Below are positions 1 through 7,921 of a DNA stretch of 22,140 nucleotides, piece by piece. The DNA lies in NCBI RefSeq assembly GCF_003428155.1, contig NZ_QLIR01000026.1, positions 1-22,140 of the forward strand, given 5' to 3'. The first letter of the stretch is position 1; each line of letters begins with the position of its first letter. This stretch comes from Fastidiosibacter lacustris (GTDB lineage: Bacteria > Pseudomonadota > Gammaproteobacteria > Francisellales > Francisellaceae). The position numbers were made by a program, and so were the translations under genes. The notes under the pieces were generated by a model. The model was not told the DNA's origin. It was given only the letters and a program-made list of their open reading frames with translations, and did no database searches.

Positions 1-7
1 GAGAGTT

Positions 8-123
8 ACCTGATGATAATAGCGACTGTGAACCACCTGAATCCATTCCGAACTCAGAAGTGAAAACAGTTAGCGTCGATGATAGTGTGGCATTCGTCAT
101 GTGAAAGTAGAACATCATCAGGT
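8..123 (+). rRNA. rrf: 5S ribosomal RNA (presumably the end of an rrn operon)
   Basis: Contains the conserved 5S core CCGAACTCAGAAGTGAAA...TAGCG.CGATG.TAGTGTGG...CATGTGAAAGTAG. Terminal helix CCTGATGAT (9-17) pairs with ATCATCAGG (114-122). Confidence 0.93.
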
Positions 124-241
124 TTTTTATTTGTCATTAGTTTATCAATACGATAAAAACGACCCTTCCCTCTTTAACTTTTTTAAAATATCCTGTATAC
201 AAGGGTAGCGAATCAAATTGTACTATTAATTATTTTTTGAC

Positions 242-1087
242 TTAGGAAACAATATCGTAGGCTATTATCCAATCTCTTTTTTCTGGAATATATACGTTTT
301 TCATTTCACTACAAAAAATTTTTTCGGTATTTTTCAATCTATTATTGAAATCTTTTGAAAAATTTAAACCATCAGATTCTAATAGTCGTGCATATATTTT
401 TTGTGCAGTATCTTGAGATATAGCATAAAATTGTTTAATCTGGTCAATAGTTTGTTCAGCGTTATTTAGTATAGATGCTAAAAGTTCGTGATAAATAGTT
501 ATAAATTTATTGACTCTACTCTGATTTTTTATAAACCATTTTTGTCTGGTATTTGCAATTAACCCTTGATATTCACCAAGGTGCTTATAAAGATTTGTCA
601 GACAGTTTACATTTGGCATGACACAAAAAGGAGGGTTTAATAACGTTGCATCTAATTGACCATTAATTAGTTTTTTGTAACGAATATTTGTTGCACCGGA
701 TTTTAGCCATTTTAATTGATTATAATCTTGGGTGCTCAACGTTGTCTTAAGGTAAGTCCTCAAAGCTCGAGCATAACCACTGTCGGTATCAATACCAATA
801 TTAACTTGGTTTAGCTTAAAATTAATATTTCCACATAAATCAAGTATCCCACCATGAATTGGCATAAACGCTCTAATATCATGGAATTTTTTTTCAAAGT
901 AAATAGATAAGGTATCATCGTATGACATGAAAACGATATCAGCTCTTTTGTCTATTAAGTCTTGATGGCTTTCATTAGCGTTTTTAACGTATTTAATTTC
1001 AATATCTGCTTGGTAACGTTTTTGTAACGTTTCTAAAATGAAAGCCGATATATCTTTAAAAGTTGAAATTTTTAATGCTTCATTCAT
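242..1087 (-). CDS. Periplasmic-binding-protein-like (PhnD/NMT1-type) substrate-binding protein with no obvious signal peptide
   Basis: 281-aa ORF. Pattern 'RADIVFMSYDDTLS...', 'VNIGIDTDSGYARALRTYLK', 'INGQLDATLLNPPF' resembles type II periplasmic binding folds. Confidence 0.55.
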   Translation of the reverse strand: MNEALKISTFKDISAFILETLQKRYQADIEIKYVKNANESHQDLIDKRADIVFMSYDDTLSIYFEKKFHDIRAFMPIHGGILDLCGNINFKLNQVNIGIDTDSGYARALRTYLKTTLSTQDYNQLKWLKSGATNIRYKKLINGQLDATLLNPPFCVMPNVNCLTNLYKHLGEYQGLIANTRQKWFIKNQSRVNKFITIYHELLASILNNAEQTIDQIKQFYAISQDTAQKIYARLLESDGLNFSKDFNNRLKNTEKIFCSEMKNVYIPEKRDWIIAYDIVS

Positions 1088-1109
1088 ATTTCTAACCTTT
1101 TTTAGATAA

Positions 1110-1757
1110 TTAATTTATGTGAGTTAATGGTTTATTATGCGTCCAATACAAATAAATTAAAATAGGGATAATAATAAGTATTGTATAAAAATCCCATAAA
1201 ATGGTTAAAAATGCACCGATTGTTAGTCCCAGAACAAAGCTGATTATGGTTGTACTGATAAGTACTAAATCAAAATAACGTTTTTCAGCGAACATATGTG
1301 CAAGGTTTAATAAATTCATAGTATAGGCAACTAGATTAATTTTGGTTGAATGAAAGCGATAAAAGACGTTATTCGTAATAATACTCATAATGGTAGCTAT
1401 ATTCGCAACAATTAAAAATCCTAAGCTATCTTCCTGTAAGTGACCACTAGTTAGGGCGACCCTCCCAGCAAAGCAATAGATTATCACAAATCCTAAAGAT
1501 AAAATAATACGGAACTTAACACTTTTTTTAACCAACAAATTATGAACAACTATCCCTGAAATAACAAAGTTGATAAGTAAAGTTGCTCTTACCATGTCAG
1601 TAAATTGAGGGTTAGTTGCCATATCTGCAATAAAATAAATAATATTACCTGTCATTAACACTACAAAAACTTTATATAGCATAATGACGGAAATAGCATC
1701 GTTAACACCATTAATAAAAGCTAGTTGATAATAGTTAATTAAATCTCGTTTATTCAT
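1110..1757 (-). CDS. DUF1275 (YoaK-like) family membrane protein
   Basis: 215-aa hydrophobic ORF with 'AFINGVNDAISVIMLYKVFVVLMTGNIIYF', matching the DUF1275 N-terminal 'AFIxGxxDAxxFxxLxxxFxxxMTGN' signature. Lies 22 nt upstream of the previous gene on the same strand. Confidence 0.7.
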   Translation of the reverse strand: MNKRDLINYYQLAFINGVNDAISVIMLYKVFVVLMTGNIIYFIADMATNPQFTDMVRATLLINFVISGIVVHNLLVKKSVKFRIILSLGFVIIYCFAGRVALTSGHLQEDSLGFLIVANIATIMSIITNNVFYRFHSTKINLVAYTMNLLNLAHMFAEKRYFDLVLISTTIISFVLGLTIGAFLTILWDFYTILIIIPILIYLYWTHNKPLTHIN

Positions 1758-1774
1758 GATTGATCTACTCTAAT

Positions 1775-1865
1775 TTGGGACACTTTTGAGTTTCCGACTC
1801 AATTGTACATTCAAACTGTTTTAGAGTCGTATAATTTATCATTCAATGTAGCCTTGTTTCTTTAC
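1775..1865 (-). pseudogene. Possible IS3-family transposase (orfB) C-terminal remnant
   Basis: Minus-strand translation 'TRLH*MINYTTLKQFECTIESETQK' resembles the IS3-family tail 'xRLHSxLxYxTPxQFE...'. Short and interrupted by a stop. Confidence 0.3.
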
Positions 1866-2075
1866 TCCAATTAGACGCTGTCCAAACGGTCTAAACTAAC
1901 CACTAAAATAGCCAAAATAAATCACAGTAAATTTTAGTGAGTGATTAAAACCTTTGAAATGGATACCATTATTTTCAGTCTAAATAATTTTGTTATTTAA
2001 ATTAACAAATATTTATAAAAATAGATAGCATAAATATGTAATTAGGTTGATTTAATTAAAAAAGATTTGAAAGCT

Positions 2076-2126
2076 TGCAATCCTTAAATTGAAATATATT
2101 TTGAAAAAACTAAAAAAAGGATTGCA
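2076..2126. repeat. Inverted repeat just upstream of the IS5-like remnant
   Basis: TGCAATCCTT (2076-2085) and AAGGATTGCA (2117-2126) are perfect 10-bp inverted copies with a 31-nt loop. They end 2 nt before the remnant's ATG. Confidence 0.6.
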
Positions 2127-2128
2127 GG

Positions 2129-2437
2129 ATGGATTATCACATAAGTGATGAAGTTTGGAAAAAGATGTATATGTTTTTACAAACAATAAAAGGCATACAC
2201 GTTTAAAATGCTGACAATATTCGTTGGCGCTTTACAGAGACTTTTTCGTACTGGCTTTACAAACACTAAGCTGAACGAAAAATATGGGAAAGTATGATGA
2301 TCAATTTTAGTGATGCAGATTTGCAAGATACCATGCTTGATTCAACTATTGTAATAGCACATGCTCTTGTGCAGCAGGTTATGAAAAGCATGGCAGCGAT
2401 GCTCAAGCGCTTGGTAGAGGCAAAGGAGTTTCATTAG
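2129..2437 (+). pseudogene. Degraded IS5-family transposase (N-terminal portion)
   Basis: Across three frames: 'MDYHISDEVWKKMYMFLQTIKGIHV*NADNIR.RFTE' then 'CAAGYEKHGSDAQALGRGKG', the IS5-family N-terminal and 'AHACAAGYEK...QALGRSRGG' motifs. Contains stops and frameshifts. Confidence 0.85.
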
Positions 2438-2467
2438 TATGATAAAGGAATTTACAAAGAGAGGCAG

Positions 2468-2505
2468 AGGGCTTCCTGCAGAGCTCTCCATTTTTCCCTG
2501 TTTTG
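2468..2505 (+). repeat. Left 38-bp Tn3-type terminal inverted repeat (putative)
   Basis: AGGGCTTCCTGCAGAGCTCTCCATTTTTCCCTGTTTTG matches 34/38 (hand count) the reverse complement of 4836-4873. Confidence 0.75.
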
Positions 2506-2636
2506 TAATTGCCACATCCTCTCAAACCCTAATGTCAATCCAACTCAAGAAATTCTGGGATCAGTTGAAATCAGCTTTATGCCTATCTCAATAGGGATAG
2601 TGTCAATAGGAGTGTATAGTTTATGAGTTATATTTA

Positions 2637-3167
2637 CTACTCTACTTGACGCTTATTGATGATTGTAGAGCATAGTTGATTTTGCCCATCAAAGTTTAAT
2701 CTTATCAAGCTAGATGAGTGCTCATCGTCATACTTAGTTACATCGTTTATATTATTATTTTTTATTTCAAGTTGAATATGTACAACACTACTGCCCGTAA
2801 CTTTAGTATTTAAAAGCGTATATTTGGTTGAATATTGAAAAACATAGCATGAATCATTACTTCTAGATGCTATAAATATAAAATAAGAATCCTCTGTATT
2901 GCCTTCATTAAGGTAAGGCTCAATCTTTTCATATCCATATTTGTAATTATCTTTTAAAGCAGCAGGTTTCAAGATATATAACTTAAAGTTTTCATAGTTG
3001 TGATGAACTATTTGCTCATTCACAGGCTGTAGCAAAACAGGCTCAGAATCATTGATTTTAATATCAAAGCTTAAATTACTTTCTTTGTATTCAGATGAGT
3101 ATGCACTGCTGCATAAAAATAAATATAAAACTCCCACGTAAAGATAGTGGAAAAGCTTTCCTAGCAT
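2637..3167 (-). CDS. Uncharacterised exported protein
   Basis: 176-aa ORF with an N-terminal signal-like segment (MLGKLFHYLYVGVLYLFLCSSAYSSEYK) and no family recognised. Start overlaps the upstream stop (ATGCTAG). Confidence 0.6.
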   Translation of the reverse strand: MLGKLFHYLYVGVLYLFLCSSAYSSEYKESNLSFDIKINDSEPVLLQPVNEQIVHHNYENFKLYILKPAALKDNYKYGYEKIEPYLNEGNTEDSYFIFIASRSNDSCYVFQYSTKYTLLNTKVTGSSVVHIQLEIKNNNINDVTKYDDEHSSSLIRLNFDGQNQLCSTIINKRQVE

Positions 3168-3442
3168 TGAGGTTCACCATCTGTCATCGATACTAATTGC
3201 CAGTTATATTTGTGACCTGTTGTGTATAATGCGTGAGCAGGAGTACACTTTTTACCAAATGATGCTGTGTATCCGTCGTTATGTCTTAAAACAACATTAA
3301 AACTAATTGGTTTGCTGCATTTATTGACTATCACCCACGTATTGCCATATTCAGTACTAACATATGCTCCAACACAACCTATATTTTTAAGGTTTTTGCT
3401 AGAGGTAAAAAATATTTGCTCTTGTTGCATAATTTTATCCAA
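3161..3442 (-). CDS. Uncharacterised small Cys-containing protein; possibly the C-terminal part of a protein interrupted by one stop codon
   Basis: ORF track start is TTG (3442); an in-frame ATG lies at 3430. Same frame as ORF 3449-3646, separated only by TAA (3451-3449) and two sense codons. Confidence 0.5.
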   Translation of the reverse strand: MDKIMQQEQIFFTSSKNLKNIGCVGAYVSTEYGNTWVIVNKCSKPISFNVVLRHNDGYTASFGKKCTPAHALYTTGHKYNWQLVSMTDGEPQC

Positions 3443-3448
3443 TTCGTT

Positions 3449-3646
3449 TTAACTCAGGATAGTTGGTTCACCCAAGCTAACCTCTCTAACTTCAGTTGGA
3501 TTTATTTGATATTTACTTAACGTCTCCATTAATACGGGATTATTGTAAGGTAAAACACTTTGGTTGCCTGCAAAAGCACTGACTGCAGCAGCTGAAAGTA
3601 TGCTTATAAGCGCCAATGATGAGCATGCTTTTTTAAAAGAACTCAT
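3449..3646 (-). CDS. Small exported peptide, or the N-terminal part of an interrupted exported protein
   Basis: 65-aa ORF with clear Sec-type signal peptide MSSFKKACSSLALISILSAAAVSAFA and a purine-rich GGGAGA ribosome-binding-like site upstream. Confidence 0.55.
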   Translation of the reverse strand: MSSFKKACSSLALISILSAAAVSAFAGNQSVLPYNNPVLMETLSKYQINPTEVREVSLGEPTILS

Positions 3647-3674
3647 TTCTTCTGTCTCCCTGTGTTAGATTTAG

Positions 3675-3715
3675 TAAAAACTAGTTTCCGGAGAAACGCT
3701 AACATAAAAACTAGT
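3675..3715. repeat. Two direct copies of TAAAAACTAGT spaced 30 bp
   Basis: 3675-3685 and 3705-3715, in the region upstream of the minus-strand cargo operon. Confidence 0.6.
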
Positions 3716-3745
3716 CCCTCGCAACATGAGCAGTATTTTATCTGA

Positions 3746-3885
3746 TTACTATTTTTTTAACGTTTGATCTAGCTTTTAAATACTTGTAAAGCGTTGTACG
3801 AGAAATATTAAGTTGCTTGGCAATTTCTTCAGTTGTGAGTTCTTTTTGATTGTAAAGTGCTTCAGCAAATTGATGAGTTATATCA
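3746..3885 (-). pseudogene. Serine recombinase/resolvase (tnpR) C-terminal helix-turn-helix fragment
   Basis: Minus-strand translation 'ITHQFAEALYNQKELTTEEIAKQLNISRTTLYKYLKARSNVKKIVIR*' has the Hin/resolvase C-terminal HTH pattern. Adjacent to tnpA remnant. Confidence 0.75.
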
Positions 3886-3894
3886 CATCCCTAG

Positions 3895-4829
3895 ATTTTC
3901 GTTAAAAACATTAAATCGCGCTACTCAAAGAAATATTTTGGTGATTCTCCTGGAATTTCTGTTGTATCTCTTGTGGCTAACCATGTCCCAATCAATGCTC
4001 GATTAATAGGGTGTAATGAACATGAAAGTCATTTTGCTTTTGATCTGGTATACAACAATACTTCACAAATCAAAATTGATATGCTTACTGGCGATAATCA
4101 TACAGTAAATCAGATTAATTATGTCGCACTTGATGCAATAGATATTGAGTTTGTGCCAAGTATAAAAAATATTCGAGAAGCCTCTGCGTTTCTTTACTGT
4201 ACGCGTGATTTAGATATATATAAAGGGTTAATCTCGCCAAAAGGAAAAGTTGATCTTGCTCTTAATTAAGAGTCAAAAACGTGAAATTATCAGAGTGCTT
4301 CTTTCACTTATACTTCAACATAATACACAGGCGGTTATCGTTAAAAAATTGTCATCACACAAGCGGAACATACGTTTAAAGTCGGCATTATGGGAGTACA
4401 ACAAAATACTCAAAACAATACACATTTTAAACCTGATTAATGATGAATCTCTTCGACAGAAATTAAGAAGAGCAAGAAACAGAACCGAGTCATATCATCA
4501 GCTCCAACGCATTATTAGAAAGGTGCATGATGGCTTGTTTAGAGGCAATAAAACAATTGATAACTGTGTTTATATTTAGGCATCAAGACTCATTGCCAAC
4601 TGTGTAATTGCTTACAATTCAATCTTATTATCGAATATATATTAAACTGGTCGAAAAATACGGGGAAGATAAAGCTAAGTAAATCATAAATCGTATATCG
4701 CCAGTAGCATGGCAACATATTAACGTTACTGGAAGATACAAGTTTATGTCCCAGGATTATGCGCCTGATATTGAAGTAATATCAAAATTCCTTGAAAGTA
4801 AGCTGACATCGCACTTTGAGAAGGGGTGA
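3895..4829 (+). pseudogene. Tn3-family transposase (tnpA) C-terminal pseudogene
   Basis: Stitched frames: 'SRYSKKYFGDSPGISVVSLVANHVPINARLIGCNEHESHFAFDLVYNN...LISPKGKVDLAL', '/IKSQKREIIRVLLSLILQHN...LKSALWEYNKILKTIHILNLINDESLRQKLRRARNRTESYHQLQRII', 'ASRLIANCVIAYNSI', 'ISPVAWQHINVTGRYKF'. At least two frameshifts and two in-frame stops. Confidence 0.92.
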
Positions 4830-4835
4830 AAATTG

Positions 4836-4873
4836 AAAAACAGGGAAAAATGGAGGGCTCTGCAGGAAACCCC
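4836..4873 (-). repeat. Right 38-bp Tn3-type terminal inverted repeat
   Basis: Reverse complement is GGGGTTTCCTGCAGAGCCCTCCATTTTTCCCTGTTTTT, starting with the Tn3-typical GGGG, 7 nt after the end of the tnpA remnant. Confidence 0.8.
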
Positions 4874-5062
4874 AGCCCAGGCACCTAATTGAGTGCTTTT
4901 TTCTAAGCTGAAACACTTTCGCAGAGTTTTTTCTAGATTTGATAAAACAAGGATCAGTTTCAGTGGTTTTTTGCACATTTCGGGAAGTTTAATATGACTG
5001 CAAAACACTGATTAGATTAGCAAACAAAAATGCAAACAGTAAATCCATGTATGAATCGGACT

Positions 5063-6514
5063 CTAAACATTATATCCAGAAGATGAAACATTGCTATTAG
5101 AGCCAATCCAATCAGTGTGGAAAAATTGACCATATGCTTTGTCTAAACGCTCATAAGTATGTGCGCCAAAATAGTCACGTTGTGCCTGGAGTAAATTTGC
5201 CGGTAGCCTAGCTGTAGTAAAACCATCAAAAAAACTTAATGCAGAAGTTAATGCAGGCATAGCAATACCAGTTTCTATACCTTTAGCAACGATTCGCCTT
5301 ACACTTGGTAATGCTTTTTGAACAAGAGATTTAAAATAGTCATCAAATAACAAATTTTGTAATTGGGGGCTACGATCAAAAGCAGCTTTTATTTTTTCTA
5401 AAAATATACTACGAATAATACAACCTTCACGCCACATAAGCGCAATATCACCATAATTAAGTATCCAATTGTATGTTTGGGAGGCTTCTTGCATAAGCAT
5501 ATAACCTTGCGCATAGGAGATGATTTTGGCAAATAGGAGTGATTGTTGTAAATCGTGTAATAGTGCGCTAGAAATAGGGGTATGTGGGTAAGCTTTCTTG
5601 CCATAAAAACGCTCTGCTTGTAGGCGAGTATTTTTTTGAGCTGAAATACAACGTGCAAAAACACTTTCTGCAATTAAGGTCAAAGGTATACCTAAATCAA
5701 GTGCATTAATGCCTGTCCATTTGCCAGTACCTTTCTGTCCAGCGGTATCTAAAATCCGATCAATAACATAGCCTTCCTTATCTTGAAACTTCAAGATATT
5801 GGCAGTGATTTCAATTAAATAACTATTAAGTTCCGTTTGATTCCAGTTGGTAAAAATAGCAGATAAGTGTTCATTATCTAGCTCAAGCAAGTCTTTCATA
5901 AATTGATAAGCTTCGCATATTAGCTGCATATCACCATATTCAATTCCATTATGTACCATTTTAACAAAGTGTCCTGCACCTCCAGAGCCAACCCATTCAC
6001 AACAGGCTTCACCATTTGGTGTTTTAGCAGCAATTGCTTTAAAGATAGGTTTAATTGTGGGCCATGCTTCCATCATACCACCAGGCATCATTGAAGGTCC
6101 AAAACGCGCTCCTTCTTCACCGCCTGAAACCCCTGTACCGATAAAGTAAATTCCTTTTTTCTTTAATGTTTTTACACGACGTTCGGTATCTGCAAAGTTG
6201 GAATTGCCACCATCGATAATAACATCGCCTTGATCAAGTTGAGGAATTAAGCTATCAATAAATTGATCGACAACTTCTCCTGCTTTTACCATCAACATCA
6301 CTTTACGTGGTTTTTTGAGTTTTGAAAGCATATCTTTAATCGAATAGGCACCAATAATATTTGTACCTTTAGCATTGCCATTTAGAAATTCATCCACTTT
6401 ACTGGTTGTGCGATTGTAAGCAACAACTGTAAACCCATGATCATTCATATTGAGAATCAAGTTTTGACCCATCACTGCTAAGCCAACAACGGCAATGTCT
6501 CCTTTTTGCTGCAT
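5063..6514 (-). CDS. gnd: 6-phosphogluconate dehydrogenase, decarboxylating
   Basis: 483-aa ORF: 'DIAVVGLAVMGQNLILNMNDHGF', 'IIDGGNSNFADTERR', 'GTGVSGGEEGARFGPSMMPGG', 'GSGGAGHFVKMVHNGIEYGDMQLICEAY'. Confidence 0.98.
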   Translation of the reverse strand: MQQKGDIAVVGLAVMGQNLILNMNDHGFTVVAYNRTTSKVDEFLNGNAKGTNIIGAYSIKDMLSKLKKPRKVMLMVKAGEVVDQFIDSLIPQLDQGDVIIDGGNSNFADTERRVKTLKKKGIYFIGTGVSGGEEGARFGPSMMPGGMMEAWPTIKPIFKAIAAKTPNGEACCEWVGSGGAGHFVKMVHNGIEYGDMQLICEAYQFMKDLLELDNEHLSAIFTNWNQTELNSYLIEITANILKFQDKEGYVIDRILDTAGQKGTGKWTGINALDLGIPLTLIAESVFARCISAQKNTRLQAERFYGKKAYPHTPISSALLHDLQQSLLFAKIISYAQGYMLMQEASQTYNWILNYGDIALMWREGCIIRSIFLEKIKAAFDRSPQLQNLLFDDYFKSLVQKALPSVRRIVAKGIETGIAMPALTSALSFFDGFTTARLPANLLQAQRDYFGAHTYERLDKAYGQFFHTDWIGSNSNVSSSGYNV

Positions 6515-6634
6515 TCATGCACTCCAAAACGATAGAAAAACAATATGCTAGGCATTGTAAAGCTTTGATTTGGTAAGATAAAGGCTTTTATTAAGAATGG
6601 AAAAAAGTAACAAGGTAAAAACAAAAGTGATTTT

Positions 6635-6994
6635 CTATTGTTCAGATGCTTTAATTTGGTATTTTTTTACGATTTGACCGCCAATAATGTGAGATTGAAT
6701 GATTTCTTCTAATACTTCTGGCGTACAAGAGTGATACCAAATGCCATCTGGATAAACAACAGCAATTGGTCCTTGGATGCAGATACGAAAACAGTTTGCC
6801 TTGGTACGATATACTTCACCATGTTGTGACAGTCTAAGTTCAGATAGACGTTTTTTAAGATATTTCCAAGAAACCATTGAATCTTCTTTGTTACAGCACT
6901 TATCAATGCTTTGATCACAGCATAAAAAAATATGCCGTTTTATGTTTTGAATGCCAAGTAAATGCGCTTTTTTGGCAGCTAAATTATCTTCCAT
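6635..6994 (-). CDS. Thioredoxin-like (2Fe-2S) ferredoxin domain protein
   Basis: 119 aa with '[15 protein letters not shown]' and '[41 protein letters not shown]', typical of this family. Confidence 0.88.
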   Translation of the reverse strand: MEDNLAAKKAHLLGIQNIKRHIFLCCDQSIDKCCNKEDSMVSWKYLKKRLSELRLSQHGEVYRTKANCFRICIQGPIAVVYPDGIWYHSCTPEVLEEIIQSHIIGGQIVKKYQIKASEQ

Positions 6995-7004
6995 GCTATG
7001 TCCT

Positions 7005-7919
7005 TTAAAATGGAATGAGGTTAAACATAGGAATTAAAATAGGTGTAGCAAGGGTTAAAACAAAGCCGCTACTGATGGCAATAGGTACTGCACTAATGCC
7101 AATATGATCTTTGATAACTGGTAGTGTAAAATCCATCGCTGTTGCACCACAGTAACTTACAAGTTCAGTTGGCATGTGTTTTGCTAGTATGGGAATAATA
7201 ATGATAGCAATAATTTCACGTGAAAAATCGATAAAAAATGTCATGGTACCAAAATGAGCATCAATGAGTTGTGCATTTAAGATACTTGCTAAACTATACC
7301 AACCAAAACCACTGCTAAGCATCAATGCGTGACCTGTGGAGATATTGAAAATAAAACTCAATATTATTCCACTAATCAATGAACTTAGGATAAGAATAAT
7401 TGCTATCATGATACCTACTTTGTTTTTTAGGATTTGGGCTAATGAGTGACCCTCACGTCGCATTTGGACACCAATAATAAATAGCGTTAAGATCAAAATG
7501 CCATCAATCATGAGTTCAATGTAAGGAAAAGGTTTGTTAATAAATAAGCCAAGTAAGCTACCAATAATAAGATAACTAAGGTATTTGCAACTTTCTAAAA
7601 TAGGCTTAACTGGATTAGTAGATTTGATAAATTGAGTATGAGCTACCAGTGCATGTTTGGGTTTTATTTTTAGGTAAAGCGTTACGGCAAAAATATTAAC
7701 AAAGAACAAAGTAACAATAAAGCTTAGTACAATAGCAAGTATTGCTAGAAGTTCACCTTTTAAATGATAAATAAGCTCACCAAAGTTATAACCCATCACA
7801 GTAATAATCAGGCTAATCATCATTGATAAGAGTTTACTCATTACTTTGTTGGATAAGTGTTTAACGTTAATAAAATAACCTAAGACCAAAGCAAATAGAA
7901 TAATAATTGCCTGAAGCAT
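7005..7919 (-). CDS. LysO-family (DUF340/YbjE-like) lysine exporter-like membrane protein
   Basis: 304 aa, multi-TM: '[14 protein letters not shown]...[12 protein letters not shown]', '[16 protein letters not shown]', '[17 protein letters not shown]' pattern. Confidence 0.82.
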   Translation of the reverse strand: MLQAIIILFALVLGYFINVKHLSNKVMSKLLSMMISLIITVMGYNFGELIYHLKGELLAILAIVLSFIVTLFFVNIFAVTLYLKIKPKHALVAHTQFIKSTNPVKPILESCKYLSYLIIGSLLGLFINKPFPYIELMIDGILILTLFIIGVQMRREGHSLAQILKNKVGIMIAIILILSSLISGIILSFIFNISTGHALMLSSGFGWYSLASILNAQLIDAHFGTMTFFIDFSREIIAIIIIPILAKHMPTELVSYCGATAMDFTLPVIKDHIGISAVPIAISSGFVLTLATPILIPMFNLIPF

Positions 7920-7921
7920 CG

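Larger units (their letters stand above)
2468..4873. mobile_element. Decayed Tn3-family transposon remnant carrying small exported-protein genes
   Basis: Inverted 38-bp ends flank a cargo block (2637-3646), a tnpR C-terminal fragment (minus strand) and a tnpA C-terminal pseudogene (plus strand). No target-site duplication recognised. Confidence 0.75.

Noticed and set aside
124-240. Possible toxin-like (HicA-style) peptide on the minus strand after the 5S gene
   Set aside because: Only a few residues ('QDILKKLKREGSF') resemble it, with stops soon after; insufficient evidence.
2129-2437. IS5-like fragment considered as an active transposase using programmed frameshifting
   Set aside because: It carries several stops and frameshifts, and the rest of the transposase is missing; it is a relic.
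3267-3452. 61-aa plus-strand ORF opposite the cargo genes
   Set aside because: Shadow ORF antisense to the better-supported minus-strand frame.
4757-5008. Overlapping minus-strand ORFs 4757-5008 and 4782-4976
   Set aside because: They run antisense through the tnpA 3' end and the 38-bp terminal repeat; not credible genes.
5398-5673. Shadow ORFs inside gnd (also 6709-6918, 8584-8781, 8833-9024, 12659-12935, 14138-14377, 20880-21137, 21249-21575)
   Set aside because: Alternative frames inside strongly identified genes or strand mirrors of them.
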